A stretch of 64,000 nt of DNA from Micrococcales bacterium. GTDB taxonomy: Bacteria > Actinomycetota > Actinomycetes > Actinomycetales > Microbacteriaceae. This document shows, piece by piece, positions 52,798 through 62,895 of the stretch (positions are counted from its first letter, which is position 1; each line of letters begins with the position of its first letter). Location of the stretch: NCBI GenBank assembly GCA_024641015.1, contig JAHEDU010000003.1:3713-67712 (forward strand). The letters are read 5' to 3'. The translations under genes and the position numbers were made by a program. The notes beneath the pieces are model-generated. The model did no database searches and was not told the DNA's origin. It was given only the letters and a program-made list of their open reading frames with translations.

Positions 52798-53793
52798 GTG
52801 TCGCTCGTTCACCTCGCGGATCGCCGCCCGTCGGTCACCACCGAGCAGATGTTGGCCCACCTTGTTCCGCCGCCGCAGTTTCACACGGCAAGCTTCGACT
52901 CGTATGTACCGGACGCAGCTTTCCCGTCACAGTCAGATGCACGCGAAGCTGCACGCGGATTTTTCACGACGACGGGTGGGGGACTGTTCAAGAAGGCGGT
53001 CGAGCAGCCCCTCGGGCTATACCTCGACGGAGGATTCGGCGTCGGCAAGACGCACCTTCTCGCCTCTGCGTGGCATATCGCGAAGGGGCGCAAGTACTTC
53101 GGCACGTTTATCGAGTACACCGCTCTGGTCGGTGCGCTGGGTTACGCGAACGCGGTGACGGCACTCACCGGTGCTTCGTTCATTGCAATCGACGAGTTTG
53201 AGCTTGATGATCCGGGCGACACGATGTTGATGACGCGGTTGTTGGGCGAATTGATGTCCGGCGGAACACGCGTGATGGCCACATCGAACACACCGCCGAA
53301 CGCACTGGGCGAGGGTCGATTTGCCGCAGCAGATTTCGTGCGCGAGATTCAAGGGCTCTCTGACCGCTTCCGTACCTTCCGGATCGACGGGGTCGATTAC
53401 CGCCATCGTGAGAATGAAGGCAAGGCCGTCGTAGTCTCCGAGGACGAGCTAGATGCAATTGAGCGAACCGAAGGACTCGTGATTGCTAGTGACGCCTTCG
53501 GTGACCTTGAGGTCGTTCTCGCCCGTGAGCACCCATCGAAGTACGCGATCCTCATTGACGGAATCGACGTCATCGCGTGGTGGGGCGTGATTCCGTTTAC
53601 CGATCAAAACGACGCACTCCGATTCGTCGCGTTGGTCGACCGACTGTACGACGCAGACATTCCGATTCGCGCAACGGGCACTCCCGTCGACGAGGTGTTC
53701 CCCGAGGAGATGCTCAGCGGCGGATTCCGTAAAAAGTATTTGCGAGCCCAATCTCGACTCGTTGCACTGACGCATCGCGCAATCTCGCGTTAA
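52798..53793 (+). CDS. zapE: Cell division ATPase ZapE (AFG1 family)
   Basis: YLDGGFGVGKT, IDEFE, TSN and RFVALVDRLYD motifs. Confidence 0.92.
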   Translation: MSLVHLADRRPSVTTEQMLAHLVPPPQFHTASFDSYVPDAAFPSQSDAREAARGFFTTTGGGLFKKAVEQPLGLYLDGGFGVGKTHLLASAWHIAKGRKYFGTFIEYTALVGALGYANAVTALTGASFIAIDEFELDDPGDTMLMTRLLGELMSGGTRVMATSNTPPNALGEGRFAAADFVREIQGLSDRFRTFRIDGVDYRHRENEGKAVVVSEDELDAIERTEGLVIASDAFGDLEVVLAREHPSKYAILIDGIDVIAWWGVIPFTDQNDALRFVALVDRLYDADIPIRATGTPVDEVFPEEMLSGGFRKKYLRAQSRLVALTHRAISR

Positions 53794-53808
53794 CAATCGC
53801 GCTGTTCC

Positions 53809-53846
53809 GTAACACAAGCGACACATGCCCGACGGCGAATCGAAAT
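53809..53846 (+). promoter_or_regulatory. GlnR-like boxes upstream of the first amt gene
   Basis: GTAAC-n6-GACAC-n6-GACGG-n6-GAAAT. Confidence 0.65.
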
Positions 53847-53906
53847 GTCAATCGCCCAATCTGACAGAGTGAGCAACCGCTCACGACGTTTGAAAGGGAC
53901 AACGCT

Positions 53907-55109
53907 ATGGATGTTGGAAACATGTCGTGGGCAATCGCCGCAACGGCTCTCGTACTCTTTATGACCCCCGGGGTCGCGTTTTTCTATGGCGGACTCGTCA
54001 AGGCCAAGAGTGTCATCTCGATGATGATGCTGTCGTTCGGTTCAATGGGCCTGGCCGGTGTCCTCTGGGTCCTCATCGGCTACAACATGTCCGCAGTCGC
54101 AAACCCGCTCGATTTCGCGGGCGACCCGTTCAGCGACTTCGCACTTGCCGCCGCCGATGACAACACGCTGCTCTATGCAACCTACGGCGGAACCTTCGCC
54201 ATCATCACAATTGCTCTCGTGTCCGGGGCAATCGCCGACCGCGCGAAGTTCGGTTCGTGGATGGTGTTTGTCGGACTCTTTTCGGTTCTCGTCTATTTCC
54301 CTGTCGCTGCGTGGGTCTGGGGTGGCGGTTGGATCATGAACCTCGGCGATGCGCTGGGCCTGCCGGCAGTAATTGACTACGCGGGTGGAACGGCGGTTCA
54401 CATCAACGCCGGTGCTGCAGCACTCGCCCTCGCGCTGATTCTCGGCAAGCGCGTTGCGTTCGGCAAGGGCGTCCACCAGCCTCACAATGTTCCGCTCACC
54501 CTGATCGGTGTCGCCATCCTGTGGTTCGGTTGGTTCGGATTCAACGCGGGTGCCCAGGCATTCGGAGATATGGGTCAGGTCGGACTCATCGTCATCAACA
54601 CGTTCGTTGCCACCTCGGCTGCAATTCTCGGCTGGATGGTTATCGAGAAGGTTCGCGACGGCAAGGCGACGAGCGTCGGTGCCGGTTCAGGAGCGGTCGC
54701 CGGACTCGTGGCAATCACACCGGCGTGCGCCAACCTCACTCCGGGCTGGTCAATCGTCTTGGGTCTCGTCGTCGGCGCACTATGTGCACTGGCCATCAAC
54801 CTCAAGTTCGCACTTGGTTTCGACGACTCGCTCGACGTGGTCGGAATCCACCTTGTCGGTGGAATCGCCGGAACCCTGTTCCTCGGCTTCTTCGCAAACG
54901 AGACCGGGCTCTTTTACTCGGGCGACTTCGGTCAGCTGATCACTCAGGTGATTGCCGCTGGTGGTGTGCTGATCTACTCGTTCGTCGTCTCGTTGATTCT
55001 CGGAATTCTCATCGAGAAGACGATCGGATTCCGCGCCTCGACCGAGGCCGAAATCGCGGGCATCGACACCGTGGTCCACGGGGAATTGGGCTACGCCATC
55101 ACGGAGTAG
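53907..55109 (+). CDS. amtB: Ammonium transporter, copy 1 (canonical twin-His)
   Basis: DYAGGTAVH, WFGFNAG and DDSLDVVGIH motifs. Confidence 0.95.
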   Translation: MDVGNMSWAIAATALVLFMTPGVAFFYGGLVKAKSVISMMMLSFGSMGLAGVLWVLIGYNMSAVANPLDFAGDPFSDFALAAADDNTLLYATYGGTFAIITIALVSGAIADRAKFGSWMVFVGLFSVLVYFPVAAWVWGGGWIMNLGDALGLPAVIDYAGGTAVHINAGAAALALALILGKRVAFGKGVHQPHNVPLTLIGVAILWFGWFGFNAGAQAFGDMGQVGLIVINTFVATSAAILGWMVIEKVRDGKATSVGAGSGAVAGLVAITPACANLTPGWSIVLGLVVGALCALAINLKFALGFDDSLDVVGIHLVGGIAGTLFLGFFANETGLFYSGDFGQLITQVIAAGGVLIYSFVVSLILGILIEKTIGFRASTEAEIAGIDTVVHGELGYAITE

Positions 55110-55117
55110 TCCCAACA

Positions 55118-55149
55118 GACGGGAGGCACTCGGGTGGGTGCCTCCCGTC
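55118..55149 (+). terminator. Strong hairpin between the amt copies
   Basis: GACGGGAGGCAC-n8-GTGCCTCCCGTC. Confidence 0.7.
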
Positions 55150-55155
55150 GCACAT

Positions 55156-55193
55156 TTAACCTGCCCGAAACATTGCACGTCACTTCCTGTAAC
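55156..55193 (+). promoter_or_regulatory. GlnR-like boxes upstream of the second amt gene
   Basis: TTAAC-n6-GAAAC-n6-CGTCA-n6-GTAAC. Confidence 0.65.
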
Positions 55194-55245
55194 GCCGCTC
55201 TCAAAGAATTGGCTCACCTTCCTTTTCCACCCGAAAGGACCTCCG

Positions 55246-56451
55246 ATGGATTCTGGTCAGTTGACGTGGGCGATTGTCGCCACCGCGATGGTGTTGTTTA
55301 TGACCCCCGGTCTTGCCTTCTTCTACGGCGGACTCGTCAAGGCGAAGAGTGTCATCTCGATGATGATGATGTCTGTCGGAACCATGGCTCTCGTCGGTGT
55401 TCTTTGGGTCCTCGTCGGTCGCGGCATGTCCGTTGTTGATCACCCCGACGACTTCTCCGGCAATCCGTTCAGCGACTTCCTCGCTGTCAATGACACGAAC
55501 GAGTCGCTCCTGTCGAGTCTGTTCGCAGCGTCGTTCGCCATCATCACCGTCGCACTCATTTCGGGTGCGGTCGCCGACCGAGCGAAATTCGGCGCTTGGA
55601 TGCTCTTCGCTGGAGCGTTTGCGGTATTGGCATACTTCCCGATTTCAGCCTGGGTGTGGGGTGGCGGCTGGATCGCAAAGCTGGGGGAGTCGATGGGGCT
55701 TCCGCCAGTCATTGACTACGCCGGTGGACTCGCCGTCGAAATCACGTCGGGGTCAGCGGCACTCGCGCTCGCACTCGTTCTCGGTAAGCGCGTGAACTTT
55801 GGTCGTGGAATCCACCAGCCACACAACGTGCCGCTCACGCTCATCGGTTTTGGAATCCTCTTCTTCGGGTGGTTCGGATTCAACGCGGGCGCCGAGGCCT
55901 TTGGGGATATGTCCAAGGTCGGGCTCATCTGTATGAACACTTTCGTTGCCGGTGCTGCTGGTTCGCTGGGCTGGATGCTGATCGAACGAATCAAGGACGG
56001 CAAGGCTACTTCTGTTGGTGCCGCGTCGGGCGCGGTCGCTGGACTCGTCGCGATCACGCCGTCGTGCGCAAACCTCACGCCATCGTTCGCGATTCTGCTG
56101 GGGCTCATCGCGGGTATCGCCTGCGCCTACGCCATCGAGCTTAAATTCGCACTCGGGTTTGACGATTCGCTCGACGTCGTCGGAATCCACCTTGTCGGCG
56201 GACTCGTCGGGATGACGTTCCTCGGATTCTTCGCTACCGACACGGGCTGGGTCTTCACCGGTGACCCTGGCCAATTGATCGTGCAGGTCATCGCGGCACT
56301 GTCGGTTCTCGCGTACTCGTTCCTCGCCGCACTGCTTATCGGATCCATCATTGAAAAGACGATGGGGTTCCGTGCCTCGACCGAAGCGGAAATCGCTGGT
56401 ATCGACACCGTCGTGCACGGCGAGTTGGGTTACGCGCTCGACGAAGATTGA
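55246..56451 (+). CDS. amtB: Ammonium transporter, copy 2 (first pore His replaced by Glu)
   Basis: Close paralogue of copy 1; DYAGGLAVE; RBS GAAAGGA before the ATG at 55246. Confidence 0.93.
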   Translation: MDSGQLTWAIVATAMVLFMTPGLAFFYGGLVKAKSVISMMMMSVGTMALVGVLWVLVGRGMSVVDHPDDFSGNPFSDFLAVNDTNESLLSSLFAASFAIITVALISGAVADRAKFGAWMLFAGAFAVLAYFPISAWVWGGGWIAKLGESMGLPPVIDYAGGLAVEITSGSAALALALVLGKRVNFGRGIHQPHNVPLTLIGFGILFFGWFGFNAGAEAFGDMSKVGLICMNTFVAGAAGSLGWMLIERIKDGKATSVGAASGAVAGLVAITPSCANLTPSFAILLGLIAGIACAYAIELKFALGFDDSLDVVGIHLVGGLVGMTFLGFFATDTGWVFTGDPGQLIVQVIAALSVLAYSFLAALLIGSIIEKTMGFRASTEAEIAGIDTVVHGELGYALDED

Positions 56452-56619
56452 GTGTGGGCGCGACAGTCCAGTGGACTGTCGCGAGGTATTGGTCTGAGAC
56501 CACAACACCTTGTTTGCGGAACTAAATGGTGGGCGATACCGGACTTGCGCGAAAGTCCTGTGGACTGTCGCGTCTGAGGCTACGGGGACGTGAAGCTACT
56601 GTGTGGGCGATACCGGACT
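56452..56619. repeat. tRNA-linked repeat: two 25-bp palindromes and duplicated tRNA-Val 3' ends
   Basis: CGCGACAGTCCAGTGGACTGTCGCG at 56459-56483 and a 2-mismatch copy at 56548-56572; GTGGGCGATACCGGACT at 56529 and 56603. Confidence 0.85.
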
Positions 56620-56676
56620 CGAACCGATGACCTCTTCCGTGTGAAGGAAGCGCGCTACCAACTGCGCCAATCGCCC
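56604..56676 (-). tRNA. tRNA-Val(CAC)
   Basis: GGGCGATTGGCGCAGTTGGTAGCGCG-CTTCC-TT-CAC-AC-GGAAG...TTCGAGTCCGGTATCGCCCA. Confidence 0.96.
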
Positions 56677-56748
56677 GCCCGACCATTCTGACACATCGGT
56701 CACCAACACACGATTGCACGATTTCGAGCGACGCTCTACATTGACCGC

Positions 56749-57111
56749 ATGGCAAATCGATACTGCGAGCGGTGCTCAAGACCACTCGAAGGAACACTGA
56801 CCTTTTGTGATGCGTGTGCCACGATCGTGGGCGCGCCAGCATCGCCCGGCGACAGAGTTCCCGAATCCGGTGGATCGAATTTCGGTTGTGGGCTAGCGGC
56901 GATTGGCTGTGTCCTTCCTTTCGTTTTTGCGGGTGGCACTTTGGGGTTAATGAGCAACGCCGTAGATGGCAAGGGAGGAAGCGGACTGGTAATGGTCGCG
57001 CCGTTCATGGCAGGGCTTGTGATGGGTGTTCCACTCGTCATCATCGGACTTGTCTCTGCTGCTCACAAGCCGAAGCCTCAAGATGATGACACACCGCCCC
57101 CCGTTTTGTAA
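56749..57111 (+). CDS. Small zinc-ribbon membrane protein with two TM helices
   Basis: CERC...CDAC followed by two hydrophobic helices; -10 TACATT 6 nt before the ATG. Confidence 0.72.
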   Translation: MANRYCERCSRPLEGTLTFCDACATIVGAPASPGDRVPESGGSNFGCGLAAIGCVLPFVFAGGTLGLMSNAVDGKGGSGLVMVAPFMAGLVMGVPLVIIGLVSAAHKPKPQDDDTPPPVL

Positions 57112-57157
57112 TTGGTCGTGCTTTTGGGTAGAGTCATGAATGTCCCGCGAGGGACAT

Positions 57158-57229
57158 GCGGATGTGGCGCAGTGGTAGCGCATAACCTTGCCAAGGTTAG
57201 GGTCGCGAGTTCGAATCTCGTCATCCGCT
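57158..57229 (+). tRNA. tRNA-Gly(GCC)
   Basis: GCGGATG acceptor stem, AACCTTGCCAAGGTT anticodon arm and TTCGAATC T-loop. Confidence 0.96.
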
Positions 57230-57258
57230 CGGAATAGCCTTTGGGCACAAATCCACAT

Positions 57259-57332
57259 GGTGGCGTGGCCGAGAGGCGAGGCAGCGGCCTGCAAAGCCGT
57301 CCACACGGGTTCAAATCCCGTCGCCACCTCCA
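57259..57332 (+). tRNA. tRNA-Cys(GCA)
   Basis: GGTGGCG stem, CTGCAAA loop and encoded CCA. Confidence 0.96.
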
Positions 57333-57348
57333 CAACTTCATAAGCCTT

Positions 57349-57420
57349 GGGCGATTGGCGCAGCGGTAGCGCGCTTCCCTGACACGGAAGAGGTCACTGG
57401 TTCGATCCCAGTATCGCCCA
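57349..57420 (+). tRNA. tRNA-Val(GAC)
   Basis: GGGCGAT stem, CTGACAC loop and TTCGATCC T-loop. Confidence 0.96.
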
Positions 57421-57424
57421 CTCC

Positions 57425-57452
57425 AAAAACCCTGCCACGCGCAGGGTTTTTT
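57425..57452 (+). terminator. Intrinsic terminator after the tRNA operon
   Basis: AAAAACCCTGC-CACGC-GCAGGGTTTTTT. Confidence 0.85.
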
Positions 57453-57510
57453 GTTTCCAGGGTGCGTTCCGTGAATCGCTAGGCTTGATAAGTACGACTG
57501 AGGAGTAACT

Positions 57511-59490
57511 GTGTCCGAATCTTTGACGCTCACCGCATCGAACACCGGGTTCGAGCTGTTCAGCGACCGTTCGATCGTCGCGATGCGTGTCAATGGCGAA
57601 CTCCGTGACCTCGCCCACCAGGCGCAAGCCGGTGACGTCGTCGAAGGTGTCGAACTGTCCAGCCCGGACGGTCTCAACATTCTTCGCCACTCGACCGCGC
57701 ACGTTCTCGCACAGGCGGTGCAGCGCATCAATCCGGAGGCGAAACTGGGCATTGGCCCGCCCGTCACGGACGGTTTCTACTACGACTTCAAGGTCGAAAA
57801 CCCTTTCACCCCCGAGGACCTGACCGCTCTCGAAAAGGAAATGAATCGCATCGTTCAGGAGGGCCAACGTTTTATGCGCCGAGTCGTCACGGACGACGAA
57901 GCACGTGCCGAACTTGCGAACGAACCTTTCAAGCTTGAGCTCATTGGGCTGAAGGGTGGCAACACCGGCGACGACAACGAAAACGTCGAGGTCGGCGGTT
58001 CTGAGCTGACGATCTACGACAACGTCGATCCCAAGACTGGTGAAACGGTCTGGAAGGACCTGTGCCGCGGGCCCCACCTCCCGAACACTCGCATGATCGG
58101 TCAGGGTTACAAGCTCATGCGCTCGGCCGCTGCCTATTGGCGAGGTTCCGAGAAGAACCCTTCGCTTCAGCGCATTTATGGAACAGGCTGGCCAAACAAG
58201 CAGGAACTGCGCGACTACGCGGAACGACTCGAAGAGGCCGCGAAGCGTGACCACCGCCGACTCGGAGCGGAACTCGACCTGTTCTCGTTCCCCGACGAGA
58301 TTGGTTCGGGACTCGCCGTCTTCCACCCCAAGGGCGGAATCATCCGTCGCGCGATGGAGGACTACTCGCGCAAGCGCCACGAAGAGGGCGGCTACGAGTT
58401 CGTCTACACGCCTCACATCACGAAGCAGAACCTGTTTGAGGCATCGGGCCACCTCGGTTGGTACAAGGAGGGCATGTTCCCTCCGATGCACCTCGACGAG
58501 GTTCGGAACGAAGCGGGCGAAATAACCCGCCAGGGCACCGACTATTACCTCAAGCCGATGAACTGCCCGTTCCACATTTTGATTTACCGTTCGCAGGGCC
58601 GTTCGTACCGCGATCTTCCGATGCGGCTGTTCGAGTTCGGTTCGGTCTATCGCTACGAGAAGTCGGGTGTCGTTCACGGCCTCACCCGAGTCCGCGGTAT
58701 GACTCAGGACGATGCGCACATCTTCACCACCCCGGACAAGATGGAAGAGGAACTGACAAAGGTTCTCGACTTTGTCCTCTCGCTTTTGCGGGACTACGGG
58801 CTCAACGATTTCTACCTCGAACTGTCAACCCGTGACGGGTCGGACAAGTTCGTCGGCTCTGACGAGTTGTGGGACACCGCAACCGCGACTCTTGAAAAGG
58901 TCGCGACGGATTCCGGATTGACGCTCGTTCCCGATCCGGGTGGCGCGGCCTTCTATGGGCCGAAGATCTCGGTTCAGGCGCGCGACGCGATCGGACGTAC
59001 GTGGCAGATGTCGACCATTCAGTTGGACTTCAACCTGCCAGAGCGCTTCGGTCTCGAGTACACCGCGTCCGACGGTTCTCGTCAGCGCCCGGTCATGATC
59101 CACCGTGCGCTGTTCGGTTCGGTCGAACGCTTCTTCGGCGTTCTCCTCGAGCACTACGCGGGCGCATTCCCCGTGTGGCTTGCGCCCCAGCAGGTTGTTG
59201 CTGTTCCCGTCGCAGAGGAATACGCCGACTACCTCGCCGACGTCGTTGCGCAGATGAAGAAGGCAGGCATCCGTGCCGAACTGGACGCGTCGGACGACCG
59301 CATGCAGAAGAAGATCCGCAACCACACGATTGCTAAGGTTCCGTACATTGTTATCGCCGGTGAAGAGGACCGTGCGAACGGAGCGGTGAGTTTCCGATTC
59401 CGAAACGGCGAACAGGTGAACGGGGTCCCCATCAACGACGCGATTGCTCGAATCACCGACATCATCGAACGCCGCAGCCAGGACATCTAG
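57511..59490 (+). CDS. thrS: Threonine--tRNA ligase
   Basis: RHSTAH, DLCRGPH, RDHRRLG, KPMNCP, AFYGPK and MIHRA motifs. Confidence 0.97.
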   Translation: MSESLTLTASNTGFELFSDRSIVAMRVNGELRDLAHQAQAGDVVEGVELSSPDGLNILRHSTAHVLAQAVQRINPEAKLGIGPPVTDGFYYDFKVENPFTPEDLTALEKEMNRIVQEGQRFMRRVVTDDEARAELANEPFKLELIGLKGGNTGDDNENVEVGGSELTIYDNVDPKTGETVWKDLCRGPHLPNTRMIGQGYKLMRSAAAYWRGSEKNPSLQRIYGTGWPNKQELRDYAERLEEAAKRDHRRLGAELDLFSFPDEIGSGLAVFHPKGGIIRRAMEDYSRKRHEEGGYEFVYTPHITKQNLFEASGHLGWYKEGMFPPMHLDEVRNEAGEITRQGTDYYLKPMNCPFHILIYRSQGRSYRDLPMRLFEFGSVYRYEKSGVVHGLTRVRGMTQDDAHIFTTPDKMEEELTKVLDFVLSLLRDYGLNDFYLELSTRDGSDKFVGSDELWDTATATLEKVATDSGLTLVPDPGGAAFYGPKISVQARDAIGRTWQMSTIQLDFNLPERFGLEYTASDGSRQRPVMIHRALFGSVERFFGVLLEHYAGAFPVWLAPQQVVAVPVAEEYADYLADVVAQMKKAGIRAELDASDDRMQKKIRNHTIAKVPYIVIAGEEDRANGAVSFRFRNGEQVNGVPINDAIARITDIIERRSQDI

Positions 59491-60023
59491 TGGTCGACGC
59501 TGAGCCGAGCGAACTTTTCCCCGGGGATCCGGACGGCATGGGTCGTTTGTGGACGCCTCACCGCATGGTCTACCTCAACAAGGAAACAGGGGAGACGGGG
59601 TGCCCGTTCTGTACCGCGCCGACTCGAAGCGATGAGGATGGACTAATCGTCGCTCGTGGCAAAACTGCCTACGTGATCATGAACCTGTACCCGTATAACT
59701 CGGGTCACATCATGGTGTGCCCTTACCGTCACGTGTCGACCTATGACCTTGCGACCCCCGACGAAGTTGCCGAAATCGGCGAGCTGTCACAAATCGCAAT
59801 GCGAGTTCTTCGCGAGGCGACTGGCTGTGTAGGTTTCAACCTGGGCATGAATCAGGGCGAAGTCGCCGGAGCCGGTATCGCCGAGCACCTGCACCAACAC
59901 ATCGTTCCGCGCTGGCGAAATGATGCAAACTTCTTCCCGATAATTGCGCAAACCAAGGCTTTGCCTCGTCTTCTCGGCGAGGTTCGGGAACTGCTGGCGC
60001 AACACTGGCCGGCAGAGTCCTAA
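59490..60023 (+). CDS. HIT family protein (Ap4A phosphorylase-like)
   Basis: LWTPHRM, CPFC, NLYPYNSGH and HLHQHIVPR motifs. Confidence 0.92.
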   Translation: MVDAEPSELFPGDPDGMGRLWTPHRMVYLNKETGETGCPFCTAPTRSDEDGLIVARGKTAYVIMNLYPYNSGHIMVCPYRHVSTYDLATPDEVAEIGELSQIAMRVLREATGCVGFNLGMNQGEVAGAGIAEHLHQHIVPRWRNDANFFPIIAQTKALPRLLGEVRELLAQHWPAES

Positions 60024-60068
60024 ACTTGAAGAATGTCCCCCGTGGGCACTGCACAAGGAGTGATAGAT

Positions 60069-60959
60069 ATGGCGGAAAACACCGTCGGTACGTTGCGAAT
60101 CAAGAGTGGTCTCGCTGACATGCTCAAGGGTGGCGTCATCATGGACGTCGTTACCCCCGAACAGGCACGCATTGCCGAGGACGCTGGCGCAGTAGCCGTC
60201 ATGGCTCTCGAGCGCGTCCCCGCAGACATCCGCGCACAGGGTGGCGTTGCTCGCATGAGCGACCCTGACCTCATTGACGCGATCAAGCGCGAAGTCAAGA
60301 TTCCCGTCATGGCCAAGGCGCGCATCGGTCACTTCGTCGAGGCTCAGGTCCTCGAAGCGCTCGAGGTCGACTACATCGACGAGTCCGAAGTTCTGTCGCC
60401 GGCTGACTACGTCAACCACATCGACAAGACCAACTTCACGGTTCCGTTCGTGTGTGGTGCAACCAACCTGGGCGAAGCGCTTCGCCGCATCACCGAGGGC
60501 GCAGCGATGATTCGCTCGAAGGGTGAAGCTGGTACCGGCGATGTTTCGGAAGCGACCAAGCACATCCGTACGATCAAGTCGGAAATTGCAGCGCTCGCCG
60601 CGAAGAACTCTGATGAACTTTTCGTCGCCGCGAAGGAACTCCAGGCTCCATACGAGCTCGTCAAGTGGGTTTCTGAAAACGGCAAACTGCCCGTTGTCTT
60701 GTTCGTTGCTGGTGGTGTCGCAACTCCTGCTGACGCAGCCATGATGATGCAGCTCGGCGCCGACGGGGTCTTCGTCGGTTCGGGAATCTTCAAGTCGGGA
60801 AACCCCATCGAGCGCGCCAAGGCAATCGTCAAGGCCACCGCGGCCTACACCGACGCGAAGGTCATCGCAGAGGTTTCGCGCGGACTGGGCGAGGCCATGG
60901 TCGGTATCAACGTCAACGACCTTCCCGCACCGCATCGCCTCGCAGAGCGTGGCTGGTAA
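60069..60959 (+). CDS. pdxS: PLP synthase lyase subunit
   Basis: [20 protein letters not shown] and [10 protein letters not shown] motifs; start is 60069 (RBS AAGGAG) or 60033 (leaderless). Confidence 0.96.
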   Translation: MAENTVGTLRIKSGLADMLKGGVIMDVVTPEQARIAEDAGAVAVMALERVPADIRAQGGVARMSDPDLIDAIKREVKIPVMAKARIGHFVEAQVLEALEVDYIDESEVLSPADYVNHIDKTNFTVPFVCGATNLGEALRRITEGAAMIRSKGEAGTGDVSEATKHIRTIKSEIAALAAKNSDELFVAAKELQAPYELVKWVSENGKLPVVLFVAGGVATPADAAMMMQLGADGVFVGSGIFKSGNPIERAKAIVKATAAYTDAKVIAEVSRGLGEAMVGINVNDLPAPHRLAERGW

Positions 60960-61551
60960 CAGCCCACTCGTTGGCGTGCTCGCCCTCCAGGGTGATGTTC
61001 GCGAACACGAAGAGGTCCTCTCCGAGCTCGGCGTGCTTCACCGTCAGGTGCGCAATGCCGAGCAGCTCGCCGAGGTCGACGCGCTCATTATTCCTGGCGG
61101 GGAATCAAGCGTCATCGACAAACTGACCCGCATCTTCGGTTTCCGAGATGACATCGTTGCGGCGATCCGTGGCGGGCTTCCGGTGCTTGGCACCTGTGCT
61201 GGTCTTATCCTTCTCGCTGATCGAATCACCGGGGGACTGGACGATCAGCAAACGTTCGGTGGGCTGGATGTGACTGTCGAGCGCAACGCGTTTGGCAGCC
61301 AGGTCGACTCGTTCGAAACCTCGATTGACATGCCCGCCATAGGTGGCGCAGCGATCCAGTCGTCGTTCATTCGCGCACCGATTGTTCGAGACGCTGGTTC
61401 AGCCGAGGTCATTGCGACGTTGCCGAGTGGCGAAATTGTCGGCGTCCGTCAGGGCAACCTCGTCGGAATCTCGTTCCACCCCGAGGTTTCCAACGAAACC
61501 CGTGTTCACGACTGGTGGGTTCGAACCGTGGTCGTGCCCTCACTTGGGTAA
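60949..61551 (+). CDS. pdxT: PLP synthase glutaminase subunit
   Basis: LALQGD, PGGES, GTCAG and FHPE motifs. Confidence 0.96.
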   Translation: MAGNSPLVGVLALQGDVREHEEVLSELGVLHRQVRNAEQLAEVDALIIPGGESSVIDKLTRIFGFRDDIVAAIRGGLPVLGTCAGLILLADRITGGLDDQQTFGGLDVTVERNAFGSQVDSFETSIDMPAIGGAAIQSSFIRAPIVRDAGSAEVIATLPSGEIVGVRQGNLVGISFHPEVSNETRVHDWWVRTVVVPSLG

Positions 61552-61581
61552 CATCGAAAAGTCATAACGTAAGGGAAGTAC

Positions 61582-62343
61582 ATGTCCGGACACTCCAAAT
61601 GGGCGACAACGAAGCACAAGAAGGCGGCGATTGACGCCAAGCGTGCCAAGTCGTTCGCGAAGCTCATCAAGAACATCGAAGTCGCTGCCCGTGCAGGCGG
61701 TGCCGACCTCGCCGGAAACCCGACCCTCGTTGATGCGATCTACAAGGCGAAGAAGACGAGTGTCCCGAACGACAACATCGATCGTGCCGTCAAGCGCGGT
61801 GCTGGCCTGTCGGGTGACGCGGTCGACTACCAGACGATCATGTACGAAGGCTATGGCCCAAATGGTGTCGCTCTCCTCATCGAGTGTCTGACAGACAACA
61901 AGAACCGCGCCGCTGCCGAAGTTCGCACGGCGATGTCGCGTAATGGGGGAGCCATGGCGGACCCCGGCTCGGTCGCTTACAACTTCGCGCGCAAGGGCGT
62001 CATCTCGATCACCAAAGTCGACGGGGTGACGGAGGACGATATCCTCATGGCCGTTCTTGACGCCGGTGCAGAGGAAGTGATTGACCAGGGTGGCGGGTTC
62101 GAAGTCATCACCGAACCGACTAACCTCGTTCCTGCTCGTACCGCGCTGCAAGAAGCCGGTCTCGACTATGACAGCGCTGACACCGAGTTCGTGCCCAACC
62201 TGTCAATCGATGTCGACGCGGCAACCGCTCGCAAAGTGTTCGCGCTGATTGACGCGCTCGAAGACAGCGACGACGTCCAGAACGTCTACGCCAACTTCTC
62301 TATTCCGGCCGACGTTCAGGCCGAACTCGACGCGGACGAGTAG
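61582..62343 (+). CDS. yebC: YebC/PmpR family protein
   Basis: [20 protein letters not shown] and DDVQNVY motifs. Confidence 0.96.
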   Translation: MSGHSKWATTKHKKAAIDAKRAKSFAKLIKNIEVAARAGGADLAGNPTLVDAIYKAKKTSVPNDNIDRAVKRGAGLSGDAVDYQTIMYEGYGPNGVALLIECLTDNKNRAAAEVRTAMSRNGGAMADPGSVAYNFARKGVISITKVDGVTEDDILMAVLDAGAEEVIDQGGGFEVITEPTNLVPARTALQEAGLDYDSADTEFVPNLSIDVDAATARKVFALIDALEDSDDVQNVYANFSIPADVQAELDADE

Positions 62344-62346
62344 CCG

Positions 62347-62886
62347 GTGCGCGTCCTCGGCGTCGACCCCGGTCTCACACGCTGTGGGTTCGGGGTAATC
62401 GAGTCGGGGGCTTCCCGCAAGGTCAGCTTCGTCGACGTCGGGGTCGTCCGTTCCGACGCCGGTCTCGACCTCGAGAAGAGACTTCTCATCATCCGTGACG
62501 AGCTTGCCGCCGTGATAGACCGCGTCAAGCCCGAGGTCGTCGCGATTGAGCGCGTCTTCGCACAACACAACGTTCGTTCGGTCATGGGAACCGCGCAGGT
62601 CGCTGGCATCGCATTGTTGCTTGCCGCCGAGCGGGGGATTGCTGTCGCGCTACATACGCCGAGCGAGGTGAAGGCCGCCGTGACGGGATACGGTCGCGCG
62701 GACAAGAAGCAGGTCACGGCGATGGTGGCGACGATTCTTGGATTGAAAGAGCTACCGAAGCCTGCCGACGCTGCGGATGCTCTCGCTCTTGCTATTTGCC
62801 ACGCGTGGAAGGGTACGGTCGTCAGTGGCACGGAAACTGCCGCTCAACGCGCGTGGCGAACCGCTCTGGACAAAGGTCGCTCCTAG
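62347..62886 (+). CDS. ruvC: Holliday junction resolvase
   Basis: GVDPG, IERVF, ADKKQV and DAADALA motifs. Confidence 0.96.
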   Translation: MRVLGVDPGLTRCGFGVIESGASRKVSFVDVGVVRSDAGLDLEKRLLIIRDELAAVIDRVKPEVVAIERVFAQHNVRSVMGTAQVAGIALLLAAERGIAVALHTPSEVKAAVTGYGRADKKQVTAMVATILGLKELPKPADAADALALAICHAWKGTVVSGTETAAQRAWRTALDKGRS

Positions 62887-62895
62887 GCTGAAGCC

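Noticed and set aside
56452-56620. Possible mini CRISPR array
   Set aside because: Only two palindrome copies with irregular spacing and no cas genes; the tRNA 3'-end duplication explains it better.
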